The notes below the pieces were generated by a model, which searched no databases, was not told the DNA's origin, and was given only the letters and a program-made list of their open reading frames with translations. Positions 8,555 through 18,349 of a stretch of DNA of 64,000 nt are shown here, in pieces (position 1 is the first letter of the stretch; each line of letters opens with the position of its first letter). This stretch comes from a virus. Location: IMG/VR virus record IMGVR_UViG_3300045988_031640; one strand, given 5' to 3'. A program made the position numbers and the translations under genes.

Positions 8555-8630
8555 GGGAGAGCGCTGATATTTTAATATTAACAACGGTTTTGTGCTACTT
8601 TAATTGTGGGTTCGATTCCCACCTCTCCCA
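8555..8630 (+). tRNA. tRNA-like element with unrecognisable D/anticodon arms
   Basis: Perfect acceptor GGGAGAG/CTCTCCC and T-arm GTGGG-TTCGATT-CCCAC, but interior does not fold canonically (ACAA-CGGTT-TTGT possible). Confidence 0.6.
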
Positions 8631-8635
8631 CGATT

Positions 8636-9082
8636 ATGAAGACAGGATATAAAGAGATGCTCCGTAACAGGTTACCTGATTACGTTGACTTGGCACTAAA
8701 GTGGTGTCGAGTTAAAGAGCTTTGGATTGACCATGTCTATAATTCTCAGATAAATATATACGCAGATAAACAAGAGCGTTATAATGCTACACGCATAGCT
8801 CTTGGATTATCATCTAAAGAACGTATATTTAAATTTGAGAATAGTATAGATTGGGTTTGGATTTCTGAAGAAGAAAAAGAAAGATTAAAGCCAGCTATAG
8901 GTTGGATTAACTTCTTTAAAGCAATCTTTCCGTATATTGAAAATAAATGGAAAGTAAATCTCTCGTTAGGTAAAACGGAACAGGAGTTCATTGATGAACT
9001 GTCTTCTGGATACCTAAAAACAGTTAATGATTCTGTAAAGAATAAGTTAGCAGTTTTTATTACTAATTATTTGAAAAAATGA
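8636..9082 (+). CDS. Hypothetical protein
   Basis: ATG at 8636, 6 nt after the tRNA-like element; listed 8606 ORF start lies inside that element. Confidence 0.6.
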   Translation: MKTGYKEMLRNRLPDYVDLALKWCRVKELWIDHVYNSQINIYADKQERYNATRIALGLSSKERIFKFENSIDWVWISEEEKERLKPAIGWINFFKAIFPYIENKWKVNLSLGKTEQEFIDELSSGYLKTVNDSVKNKLAVFITNYLKK

Positions 9083-9450
9083 TTATGTATTTTCCACGTA
9101 CCAAAAAGATTTATCTTGCTGAATACGTAGGGTGGGATTGGAAAGTTGTTTGTTATAAAGAAGGATATTATAATTTTACATACAAATGGAATGTTATAAT
9201 ACCTTCTAAATTTCATCATTTGATGAAAAACGACGATATTGTAAATTTATTAGGTTGGATTCATGAAAACATCGTAATGAAATTAGAAGATTTAACGTAT
9301 ATTACACTTAATGTATTGATACGAATATCAACGGGTCTTTTGAACAAATGCGATATTAACAAGGATACAAAAATAGAATTACATGATACAATCGTTTCTC
9401 AATTGAGAAATAGAAAATCCTACTTAATCAGTGAAGATTTACCTTTTTAG
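9079..9450 (+). CDS. Hypothetical protein (TAG stop)
   Basis: 123-aa ORF. Confidence 0.6.
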   Translation: MIMYFPRTKKIYLAEYVGWDWKVVCYKEGYYNFTYKWNVIIPSKFHHLMKNDDIVNLLGWIHENIVMKLEDLTYITLNVLIRISTGLLNKCDINKDTKIELHDTIVSQLRNRKSYLISEDLPF

Positions 9451-9478
9451 CTATAGATCATTGGGTTGGTCTATAGCT
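9449..9478 (+). terminator. Hairpin after CDS
   Basis: AGCTATAGA ... TCTATAGCT 9-bp stem. Confidence 0.4.
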
Positions 9479-9540
9479 CCTATTGTGGTCAAGCTATATC
9501 CACGATGCGAGTGACACGCTTATAAATAGCTCTATTTGTT

Positions 9541-10101
9541 TTGAAAAATCCACGTATTACCCCAGAGGAAGTGGAGATTATCAAAAGCGCGCAAGCTGGT
9601 AATATATCAGCTTTTAATAAACTTTTTCATCGCTACAAGGGATTCGTTGATACAATCCTATACTACTATCTTAAAGATATGGATGAAGCAAAGGATATAA
9701 CTAACATTGTATTCTTAAAAGTTTATGAAAAACTCTCTCAATTCACAGACTATGACTCATTTGGAGGATGGCTGAGAATTTTAACAAACCGTACAGCAAT
9801 TGATTACTTACGTAGTGTCAAGAACCACGCGAAACCTGTAGGAGAAGAAAGTGAAAGACTATCGCTTGCCTCTTCTATATCTTCCGATGAAGATGATCTT
9901 GTCAATCGTCTTGCATACGAAAGAATACTCGAAGAATTTGAAAAATTCCCTGCTCACATGAAGCAGATTCTTGAGTTATTCTACGTGAATAATATGACTG
10001 TTGTACAAATTAGTGAAGCTTTGAGAATCCCCACTGGAACTATTAAGTCGATTTTATCAAGGACTCGAAAGCAAATCAAAAAATCGTTTAATCAAAATTA
10101 A
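9541..10101 (+). CDS. ECF-type RNA polymerase sigma factor (TTG start)
   Basis: Region 2-like FNKLFHRYKGFVDTILYYYLKDMDEAKDITNIVFLKVYEKL..FGGWLRILTNRTAIDYLR and region 4 HTH VQISEALRIPTGTIKSILSRTRKQIKK. Confidence 0.85.
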   Translation: MKNPRITPEEVEIIKSAQAGNISAFNKLFHRYKGFVDTILYYYLKDMDEAKDITNIVFLKVYEKLSQFTDYDSFGGWLRILTNRTAIDYLRSVKNHAKPVGEESERLSLASSISSDEDDLVNRLAYERILEEFEKFPAHMKQILELFYVNNMTVVQISEALRIPTGTIKSILSRTRKQIKKSFNQN

Positions 10102-10105
10102 AAAA

Positions 10106-10519
10106 ATGGACTTACTTTGGTTTTTCATTGGAATCCTTATTATCTTTTGTATCGGTCGATACAATGAGAGTAATAAGTTGTTTTGGATACTGTTAATATC
10201 ATTTGTTGGTAGTTTTGCAGTAGCTACAATCATTACGAAAGTGACATCGTATGATTCTAATGGAGCTAAGAAGAAGGAGGTTCAGGTATGTAAACCCACG
10301 CAGGCGTCAAATAACGCATCAGGAGTATTCCTTTTGGCAGATGCTATGTTAGGAGACACACAAAGCGTACAGCTAAAACCTGCGAGTCAGGAATCGTACA
10401 TGCCTGAATTACTTTCAATTGGCTTCAATAGTCCGCTCGTTAACAGCGGAATAGTTTACTCACCCTTAAAACCACCACAAATATGTTTACATACTTCGAT
10501 ACATCATGACATGTCATGA
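10106..10519 (+). CDS. Hypothetical membrane protein
   Basis: Two N-terminal hydrophobic segments. Confidence 0.55.
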   Translation: MDLLWFFIGILIIFCIGRYNESNKLFWILLISFVGSFAVATIITKVTSYDSNGAKKKEVQVCKPTQASNNASGVFLLADAMLGDTQSVQLKPASQESYMPELLSIGFNSPLVNSGIVYSPLKPPQICLHTSIHHDMS

Positions 10520-10576
10520 GTTAACAAAACAGAATTCAAGTAATCATTAACGTGATATTTTCACAAGTAAATAACT

Positions 10577-10596
10577 TTTAAATCATTATCAAAATG
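10577..10596 (+). promoter_or_regulatory. Conserved leader motif, copy 5
   Basis: TTTTAAATCATTATCAAAATG. Confidence 0.75.
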
Positions 10597-12087
10597 AGTA
10601 AGAAGAATAAAGGCGGAAAGCCACAGTCAAAGCCAGCTAACAAAGCTGCAAACACAGCTCCTCAGGTAGAAGCTCCAACAGTGGAGACTAAGAAAGAGGA
10701 GAAGGTAGAAGAGCCTAAAGTAGAAGAGGTTCAGACACCCGCTAACCCAATGAGTGAATTCACCGAGGAGGTGAAGAAGGCTACAGCACGTGGGCTTGAT
10801 CCAAATCGTACAGTAGACTTGCTTAATCTCAGTCACTCTTATTTCCACGACCCAGATGCTGCAGCAGAGCGTTATGGAATCAAGAGAGAAGTAGCTGTTA
10901 AGATGGATCAGTGTACAGCTATTGGTGTTATGACTATGTTTGCTCAGGAAGTAGCTCTTGCTGACACCCCATGGTCTCGTACAATGCGTCCAGCAGTACT
11001 GGAGAGCATGGCAGAAGTTGCGAAGGAGATTGGTGTAACAATCAACCTCAAGTCATTACCAGCTCCTGATAAGGATGGTAACGTAACTATTACCCAAGAG
11101 AACGTGAAAGTCTCTGCGGAAACTAAGAAGAAGCTTAAGGAGGAGAAGGAACTCCTTGAGGAGAAGCCAGAATTGGATGTTAACAAGATTGAGAATAAGA
11201 TGCAGCTCCGCAAGAGCCTTCTTATCTTCTTGTCTGAGCGCAAGGATTATCTCAACAACATTCAGAAGGCTATCAGTCTTTATGCAGCATATCTGGAGAA
11301 AGAGAAGGCCGACGCCACCAAGGGCATGTCTCGCATTCAGTTGTTGCATAACCTTATCGAGCTTGTTGGAGAGGCTCCGATTGTAATGAATGGAATTGGT
11401 TCCTTTCTTTACACCGTTACCGCTACAACAAAGTCTCCAGTACCAGCCTTCTGTCACCTCAAGAATACGGTTACAGATCGCACCACAGGAAACTGTGAGT
11501 ATGACAATCACTTTATAGCTGATGTTGTACGCGAGATCGTAATCTGGAAGGCTAACCTCAAGAAGGCTGAGAATGAGAAATCTATCGAGGCTGTAAAGAA
11601 GAATCTTGAGGTTCTCAAGAAAGATTCTAAGAAGAATGAGAAGGCAATTAAGGATCAAGAGGAGCGTATTGAAACTCTTGAGAATAACAGTAAGGTATTT
11701 GATGTAACAATCTCATACGTAACTGAGCCTTCTGCAGACGCTATCGAGTCTTTCATGGAGAAACGTGCAGAGAAGGATCCAGTAGCAATAAAGATGTTCA
11801 GATCTCTTTCTGAGAGTCTTTATCGCGGCACCGATCTTAAGGGAGTTAAGACAGACAGCTTGCTCGCAAATATGAAGATGCAGGCTGGAGTAATAACAAA
11901 CATGTTCCGTGATCCTAACATGCAGTTTGTAAACTATAAGGAGTCTGAGATTCCTGAGCTGCAGTTTATGAAGGATGGCGAAACCGAAGAGCCAAAAGAG
12001 GAACCTAAGAAGGAACCTAAGGAAGCTCCAAGGGAAGAGCCTAAGAAGGAAGATGAGCCAGAAGAGACAGAAGAGTCAAAAAACTAA
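10594..12087 (+). CDS. Hypothetical Lys/Glu-rich protein (497 aa)
   Basis: Long ORF with low-complexity charged termini (EEPKEEPKKEPKEAPREEPKK). Confidence 0.75.
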   Translation: MSKKNKGGKPQSKPANKAANTAPQVEAPTVETKKEEKVEEPKVEEVQTPANPMSEFTEEVKKATARGLDPNRTVDLLNLSHSYFHDPDAAAERYGIKREVAVKMDQCTAIGVMTMFAQEVALADTPWSRTMRPAVLESMAEVAKEIGVTINLKSLPAPDKDGNVTITQENVKVSAETKKKLKEEKELLEEKPELDVNKIENKMQLRKSLLIFLSERKDYLNNIQKAISLYAAYLEKEKADATKGMSRIQLLHNLIELVGEAPIVMNGIGSFLYTVTATTKSPVPAFCHLKNTVTDRTTGNCEYDNHFIADVVREIVIWKANLKKAENEKSIEAVKKNLEVLKKDSKKNEKAIKDQEERIETLENNSKVFDVTISYVTEPSADAIESFMEKRAEKDPVAIKMFRSLSESLYRGTDLKGVKTDSLLANMKMQAGVITNMFRDPNMQFVNYKESEIPELQFMKDGETEEPKEEPKKEPKEAPREEPKKEDEPEETEESKN

Positions 12088-12175
12088 TTCAGACTGCCAA
12101 AGAAAAGATTCGCGAAGTTGGTAGTCGTATTGGTAAGGCTTACAAAGTCTTGAAAGGCGAGTAAATCTATCAAAG

Positions 12176-12544
12176 ATGAAAAAGTTAACAACATTTCTCT
12201 GCAGTATGGCATTCGCTCTTAGTGGCGTATGTCTTGCTGTGAGTAAATCAGGACCACCACCATTACCTGGAAATATGGTGGTGCATGCGGAGCCGATGAA
12301 ACCAATACCAGCTCCGTTTTTCTTGAATCAGAGTAACACTGAGAAAGAAGCTAAAAAGGACACTGTGTTTACCCAAGTGGTAAAACACGATACAGTCCAA
12401 GTAACTAACACAAAGTTCAAGTACGTTGTAAAGGTTCGTACTGAAGCTAAAGCTGAGACTCCGTATCTCCCAGCATTTAGTATAACAATACCGAAAGGGA
12501 GTTGGGAAACCTCCCATGATTCTACAAACGTAGTATCAGAATAA
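12176..12544 (+). CDS. Hypothetical exported protein
   Basis: N-terminal signal-like sequence MKKLTTFLCSMAFALSGVCLAVS. Confidence 0.55.
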   Translation: MKKLTTFLCSMAFALSGVCLAVSKSGPPPLPGNMVVHAEPMKPIPAPFFLNQSNTEKEAKKDTVFTQVVKHDTVQVTNTKFKYVVKVRTEAKAETPYLPAFSITIPKGSWETSHDSTNVVSE

Positions 12545-14700
12545 AAGAACCGAGTGTATACCGTATATAGTCGGAGCTCCTGTATATTATAAGCTATGCG
12601 CTTAGTGTACAGGAGCAGCACATTAGTTCCATATAAGGTCTCATTAGCCTTAGGAACGAATTAACTTGATCCGAAAATATGTTAGCGCTCTCAAAGCGTG
12701 AGAAACCCAAAAGATAGGATGGAAGACATTTAAGCGTGAAAAACTTATTTGTATTAGGGATAGCGTTGTATCAAACCCTATTCATATTGAAATGAGAACC
12801 GTCTGGTGATGGATATATGAGAAGACGCGTAAGTTGTGAGTTGACAATCACACAGAATTGATGCCGTATCGGAAATGTATACTATGATACTATGTATATA
12901 AGAACGTTACACGAGATGAAGCTATAATAAGAAACCCCGAAGAATATAGTACATGGTATGGCTATATGAAGGCAAGGCCAACTCTATTATAGAAGTATCT
13001 ACTAAAACCCAGCTCAGTGTTCCTCTACCACCAAAGTAGAGTATGAAGGAGTGAAAAAATGTATGGAGTATAACAATATCGTGAAAGGGATAATACCCAC
13101 GAAGTATACCGTAACTATGCTGGCTATGTAAAACCCGACTGTTCGATTCAGTCACCTTTTGGGTCACCTTAGGGTCCAGGGACGGGGTAAAACGCCTGAT
13201 ATATGATGAAGTACGTCCGCCAGGCTTTGGTCGTTTATGCGGAATATAAAAGTAAAATGACCAGCAGGTTGGGCAATACCTGAATGCAGAAATGCTACGC
13301 GAAACGAGGCCGCGGTCAAAGTCTGATTTGAGTGTACACAGCTCTTTGGGTGGAGTGAAGATGTAAGTGGTACAATGGGATGAGTTGATAAAAACAATTC
13401 TCCAATGCGATGATAACGTTATAATCATGGTAGCCGCACTCAGAGGCGATACTGGGAAAACTTTAATTAGGTAGACCTGATTCAGAATGCCATATTACCA
13501 ATGGTAATGAAAGATCCGTCAACCTTCAATAACTACAAGTATTAGTGCTTTGCATTATATTTACAATATTATATAGTCTCTACAGAGTAGTAAACTGGTA
13601 TATTATGTATGAGTAAGTATATAGCTTTAGATAAGTATTAAGAAAAGAGAGTTAGAGAGAAAATAAACATGTTTAACAAAAATGGATGTCCCCCGATAGA
13701 TATACCCCTTTCGTTGTATGAAAGAAATTGAGTCGGAAATCCGAGTGCCAACCGTAACTTTGAAAAAATTATGCAGAATAAACTATACGATTCCGTCTCG
13801 AGCTTGAGTCGCCGAACGTAACTACTAATAGGTAGCAACGGACGGTATTGAAGCAGGACAGCAAATCCTTATAGATTTATAGAGCAGTTATCAGTAAACT
13901 GATGGGCAGCAACAGAACTTAAGTACGTCCTTGTAATAAGGATAGGGAGTTAGTGACTCATTAATACATCCTGTCTCGGTGTATTAAAAAGGAATGTTGT
14001 GGGTGACAAGGGTAATGATAGGGTTAAATTCCCGAGTGTTCGTGCACTGTCTCGAAGAAATGAGAGATTAAAAACAAATGAGGAAGCTTATCCAATAGAA
14101 AAAACAGCCGTAGTATCTGTGATCCCCCTGAAGGTGAGATAGTTCGATAAAGAAACGTAAATTGTGTATCCCACGTATAAGATTGGATACTAACATAAGA
14201 GATAATCTGTGGTGAATTAACAATCATCGGTAGTTACTTTTAAGTATGTGGAAAGTACGAGAAGAAATTACCAAAGTTTTTTGTGGGTCAATCGTATGTG
14301 GAAACTTACATCTGTATCTCAGCACTGTAACCCTCCGCGAATCCTGAATCATCAGAGACTTTGACGGATACAGAACAGTATACTTCACATATTGTTTATT
14401 AGAATTAAACAATGAATTACATAAATCATTGCACTTGATTGTGCACATTCAACATTCAAAGCTTAAGATAGCAATTTTAATGATGGGCTAAGTTAATCCT
14501 ACCATTGGATTCCCGTTACATGAGTTGAGCTTCATTTAGAGGAATATAGAAGTGTAACAGTTAGAATTGGAAGCGTGCTTCCCATTAGAACAGCAATTGA
14601 AGTTGATTTTTCACAGCATTCAGACCCAACGAGGCAGTAATGTTTTATTTTATAAAGCTGTATTTCAGCATAAAACTTATTATTAATTTCATCGTTGGTT
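12545..14700 (+). ncRNA. Long non-coding tract, candidate large structured RNA(s)
   Basis: About 2.2 kb with no plausible + strand CDS in an otherwise densely packed arm; contains a T-arm-like GACTG-TTCGATT-CAGTC at 13137-13153 and many inverted repeats. Confidence 0.5.
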
Positions 14701-14733
14701 TATCAAAAACGATGTCAAAAAGGATGAAAAATT

Positions 14734-15327
14734 ATGGAAACTGTAAAAGCATCAGTAGTAGCAAACAATCGTAAGTCACTCTCAATCGTAGGCCAGAACT
14801 TTGGCTGTCAGTATTATCGCCCAGAGGCACGTCAGAACGCTGTTAACTTCGACGAGAAGAAGCGTAAGATCGAGCAGGATGGCAATGTTGAGCTCACAAC
14901 GAATCGTGCAACAAAGCGCTACCTCGTTAAGGGTTATGACGTAGTGAGCATTCAGCTCGGTAACGACATCACTGGTTCTCCAGTAGTGTTCATCAACAAG
15001 GATGATCAGGCAAGTGAGGTAGCAATGCCAATCTCTCCAGATTTGTCTAAGGTTGGTCAGGTAACAGAGGACGCTGTTTCTAAGGCTCTTCGTGGTGACA
15101 AGAACATCATCTTCTCCGACGTAGAGAAGTTGGTTAAGCAGTGCAATGCTGCAAACCAAGCTGAAATCAGCCGTATTGAGGAGCTTAAGGCTAACCTCGA
15201 CAAGGAGTTGCAGTCTCTTCAGAATGCAATTGCTGGTAACATCAAGAAGCTCGATGATTACAATCACGAGATGAATGCAAGCACTAACGCTGCATCAGGT
15301 GTAACCGTAACAATCACAGAGGACTAA
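14734..15327 (+). CDS. Hypothetical protein
   Basis: 197-aa ORF with coiled-coil-like C-terminal half. Confidence 0.65.
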   Translation: METVKASVVANNRKSLSIVGQNFGCQYYRPEARQNAVNFDEKKRKIEQDGNVELTTNRATKRYLVKGYDVVSIQLGNDITGSPVVFINKDDQASEVAMPISPDLSKVGQVTEDAVSKALRGDKNIIFSDVEKLVKQCNAANQAEISRIEELKANLDKELQSLQNAIAGNIKKLDDYNHEMNASTNAASGVTVTITED

Positions 15328-15331
15328 ACCT

Positions 15332-15919
15332 ATGGAAAAGCTTGTATCTGATGCAAGCAAACTGTTAATGCAAGTTCTAATGACTGATTCCAAAGTGTCT
15401 GTAAAGATACTTGACAACGCAAATGATGCAGAAAAGTACAAGATTTGTACAATCCAAGATAATGGTACTATTGTTCTTGGAAAGACATCTGTGCATTGGT
15501 GGAATCAGCTGTTAGGCTGTCAGGACAAGATTCCATTTGATAGTTTTGCTTTGAAAGTGTGGGACGCTTTGGTAGATTTATCAAGCGGCCTTAACAATAA
15601 AGCTATTCTCAATGGTTTATCTATTGAAGTAGTAAAGAAGTCAGTCCGTACAAAGGACTATGACTATGTTGTCCGTCGATTATATGATTGCTGGGCTCAT
15701 GTTGCTCAGAAGAGCGAAGGATACCAAAAGGCTCTGTCTCCCGAGGGAGGCCCGGGTTCGGCCCAAGACTGTCCTGGTGGTGCTTTCGCGTCCGAAAAGC
15801 CACGTGAAATAGTAATCAACATCAACGGTACTAAGAAAACAATTCCTTTCATAGATAGTAATGGTGATCCACTGAATATAGGATTGGATTACGGATTTCT
15901 TGGATTTCGTAACTTGTAA
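15332..15919 (+). CDS. Hypothetical protein
   Basis: 195-aa ORF; contains a GC-rich stretch encoding SPEGGPGSAQDCPGGAFASE. Confidence 0.6.
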   Translation: MEKLVSDASKLLMQVLMTDSKVSVKILDNANDAEKYKICTIQDNGTIVLGKTSVHWWNQLLGCQDKIPFDSFALKVWDALVDLSSGLNNKAILNGLSIEVVKKSVRTKDYDYVVRRLYDCWAHVAQKSEGYQKALSPEGGPGSAQDCPGGAFASEKPREIVININGTKKTIPFIDSNGDPLNIGLDYGFLGFRNL

Positions 15920-16117
15920 GTGATATATCTGAGGATATAGAAGCATAATCCCGAGGGAAAATGCTTCATAACAAGCAGTTAAGAAAGAATAGAATGAAGT
16001 ATGATAATTTTAAATTCGGATTATCGTTACTTGGTTATTTACAGTTATCCATTTCCCCGAGGGGATTGGGGCGTGCTTCCTGCGGGAGGTACGCCTCGCG
16101 GATTAACTTTAAGTAAA

Positions 16118-16142
16118 CTTGGTTCGATTCCAAGCTATGAGC
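16118..16142 (+). other. Isolated T-arm/acceptor 3' half of a tRNA-like element
   Basis: CTTGG-TTCGATT-CCAAG followed by CTATGAG; no adjacent matching 5' acceptor strand found. Confidence 0.4.
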
Positions 16143-16208
16143 AAGTGTAGGTAAATGATCTCTCGAATTCATATTAGTTGTATTTTTAATTTTAATCAAA
16201 ATCTAATT

Positions 16209-16760
16209 ATGAGTAAGAATAAATCAATTGAATTGAATTCAGCAAAGATCATCAATATCCGTAAGAATCTTGATATGACAATCAACAAGTATTGGAAGAT
16301 CATTCGTGCGGAAAACGTAATGGCTAAGAAGGCTATTGCAGCAGGCCAGGGTTCTGGCTACGACCTCAAGGGTTTGTACAATGAAATCACGCAGATGAGT
16401 GAGAAGCGTATTATCATTAAGGGTATGCTTATGTTGCTCAATATGGGTATTACAGAGTTCAACTATGAGGAGTTTAAGAAGACCAATAACTATGCTATTT
16501 TTGCAGCTGGTGAAGCTAAGGAGGCTATCGCTCAGCTTAAGATGATTCCTACCATTAATCCTTCTGAGAAGGCATCTAAGGGTAAGAAACATATGGGTAA
16601 GACAGAATCTTTTACCTCAGCAAAGATTGCATCTCTTGTTAAGGAGAGCCAGTTGAAGGCAAATAAGTTTGACGCTAAGCTCAAGGAGTTTAACGACAAT
16701 ACTAACATAACATGTACTGATGATATTGCAGAAAAGTTCTCTATGGACTTAGCAGTATAA
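16209..16760 (+). CDS. Hypothetical protein
   Basis: ATG at 16209 (MSKNKSIELNSAK...) inside the listed 16155 ORF. Confidence 0.65.
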   Translation: MSKNKSIELNSAKIINIRKNLDMTINKYWKIIRAENVMAKKAIAAGQGSGYDLKGLYNEITQMSEKRIIIKGMLMLLNMGITEFNYEEFKKTNNYAIFAAGEAKEAIAQLKMIPTINPSEKASKGKKHMGKTESFTSAKIASLVKESQLKANKFDAKLKEFNDNTNITCTDDIAEKFSMDLAV

Positions 16761-16921
16761 TATCGGCACAAGTATATGGTGTACAAGGACCAGCATTTAT
16801 GCGACAGTTCGAGGCTGTCTATACTTTCATTTTAAGGCCATTTAGAGGCCTTCTGAGGCGTTTTAATACGTTTCCAGGACAATTCACCGCAGAGGTGGAA
16901 ATAGCGCCTTAGAACGTAACT

Positions 16922-16942
16922 ATTTAAATCATTATCAAAATG
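16922..16942 (+). promoter_or_regulatory. Conserved leader motif, copy 6
   Basis: ATTTAAATCATTATCAAAATG. Confidence 0.75.
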
Positions 16943-17629
16943 GATAAGAATTTGCAACCAAACATATCAGACCCAAACGTTATATATAACACAGTAAAGA
17001 ACAATCGTAAAGCATACTTGAAAGCTCACTTCTGTGTACGTTCAAAGAAACAACCATGGTATATGCTTACTAAAGGTAAGTGTAAGAACTATGAAGAGCG
17101 TATGAAGAGTTGGGGTGCTTGTGTAGATTACTTTGACGTTCCATCAGAAACTAAAGTTATGAGCGAACGAGTTGTTATTAAAAGTATTGGAAGTGCAAAC
17201 TTTATGGAGCGATTAGCTCAACATAAACTTGCAAAGTGGGTACGTAAAAACCCAGCACCATGTGATGAAATGGATTTGTTTAAGAACGAATTCCTTGAAC
17301 CATGGAAAGAAGAGCGAGATAAAGCTCTTGAACATTTTCGAGATATCGTAGTTTCGATATATGACAAAACAGTATTACCGTATGACCGCAAAAAGGCATT
17401 GATTGTGCCTATGATAGATATGGGTGGAGGAGTCCGAACATATCCAAATATGGATCCAATAACAATTGGTTATCCATTGTGTAAATTTGCTGGAAAACGA
17501 TTCGTTAAGAAAGATACTGTAGTGGACGTATGTAAAGAGGCGCTTAAGAAAGTGTCTAAGTCAGGATATAACTGTAAATCAGTTGACTATACATACGAAC
17601 GCAAGGTGTTGCTCAGCGTAGCAGCATAA
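16940..17629 (+). CDS. Hypothetical protein
   Basis: 229-aa ORF. Confidence 0.7.
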   Translation: MDKNLQPNISDPNVIYNTVKNNRKAYLKAHFCVRSKKQPWYMLTKGKCKNYEERMKSWGACVDYFDVPSETKVMSERVVIKSIGSANFMERLAQHKLAKWVRKNPAPCDEMDLFKNEFLEPWKEERDKALEHFRDIVVSIYDKTVLPYDRKKALIVPMIDMGGGVRTYPNMDPITIGYPLCKFAGKRFVKKDTVVDVCKEALKKVSKSGYNCKSVDYTYERKVLLSVAA

Positions 17630-17673
17630 CAGTGCTGGTGGTGACACTCTTCGTCCCACCAACACTTTAAAAA

Positions 17674-17760
17674 GGAGAGTTGGCTGAGTGGTCTAAAGCG
17701 CTGGTCTTGAAAACCAGAGGGCGGTAAAACGCTCCAAGAGTTCGAATCTCTTACTCTCCT
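17674..17760 (+). tRNA. tRNA-Ser (TGA)
   Basis: GGAGAGT acceptor, CTGGT-CTTGAAA-ACCAG anticodon arm, long variable arm, AAGAG-TTCGAAT-CTCTT T-arm. Confidence 0.92.
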
Positions 17761-17768
17761 CCAATATT

Positions 17769-17860
17769 GGAGATTTAAGCCTAATTGGTAAGGCAACAGT
17801 TTGCTAAACTGTCAGTAATCGTAGTAATATGATGTATAGGTTCGAGTCCTATAATCTCCG
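17769..17860 (+). tRNA. tRNA-Ser (GCT)
   Basis: GGAGATT acceptor, ACAGT-TTGCTAA-ACTGT anticodon arm, long variable arm, ATAGG-TTCGAGT-CCTAT T-arm. Confidence 0.92.
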
Positions 17861-17880
17861 CAATACTTAAAATCAATAAT

Positions 17881-18129
17881 ATGTTAACAATAGCATTAAA
17901 TGCAATACTTGGATTATTTATTGGTATAATATTATTTCCAATAGGATTGTTTCTTAGAGCAAGAAAATCTGGTTGGGACGATAGTAATATCTTTAATATA
18001 TTTCATGTGTTGTTTCATTTAGCCTTACATCCTGATGATTTCACCAAGATGTATTACAAGAACGGAAAGAAGCCGTTCTGGTACTTAACAAAAGATGAGT
18101 TTTCAGAAGTCTTATATGTAAGACCGTAG
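17881..18129 (+). CDS. Small membrane protein
   Basis: MLTIALNAILGLFIGIILFPIGLFL... Confidence 0.55.
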   Translation: MLTIALNAILGLFIGIILFPIGLFLRARKSGWDDSNIFNIFHVLFHLALHPDDFTKMYYKNGKKPFWYLTKDEFSEVLYVRP

Positions 18130-18150
18130 TAATAAATAAAAATAAATAAT

Positions 18151-18321
18151 ATGAATTACGTAAAACCATCAATTATCCAAATCAAAGTAGAGAACTTTAA
18201 TCTTATGTCAGCTTCTAATAAAGAAGGTTCAACATGGGTTAATGGAAACGCAACTGGTTGTGAAAAGCCAGTAACTATTGAAGATTTGGAAAAGAGTGAT
18301 GAGGAATGCTCAGGTAATTAA
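18151..18321 (+). CDS. Small hypothetical protein
   Basis: 56-aa frame MNYVKPSIIQIKVENFNLMSASNKEGSTWVNGNATGCEKPVTIEDLEKSDEECSGN*; below track cutoff. Confidence 0.45.
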   Translation: MNYVKPSIIQIKVENFNLMSASNKEGSTWVNGNATGCEKPVTIEDLEKSDEECSGN

Positions 18322-18349
18322 CCTGAGCTTCCTTAACTATTATTGATTA

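Noticed and set aside
8606-8635. N-terminal extension MGSIPTSPTI of the 8606 ORF
   Set aside because: Encoded by the 3' half of the tRNA-like element; the ATG at 8636 is preferred.
11056-11658. 200-aa - strand ORF antisense to the 497-aa protein
   Set aside because: Leu/Ile-rich shadow ORF caused by the codon usage of the real + strand gene.
12706-13163. tRNA interrupted by a ~400-nt intron (CCCAAAAG ... CTTTTGGG around an isolated T-arm)
   Set aside because: D and anticodon arms could not be recognised and no group I/II intron core was identified; kept only as a hint of long-range pairing.
12922-13428. 168-aa - strand ORF in the long non-coding tract
   Set aside because: Composition looks random, overlaps another - strand ORF in a different frame, is opposite to the transcription direction of the arm, and has no recognisable motif.
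14782-15267. 161-aa - strand ORF antisense to 14734..15327
   Set aside because: Typical antisense shadow ORF; the + strand frame is better supported.
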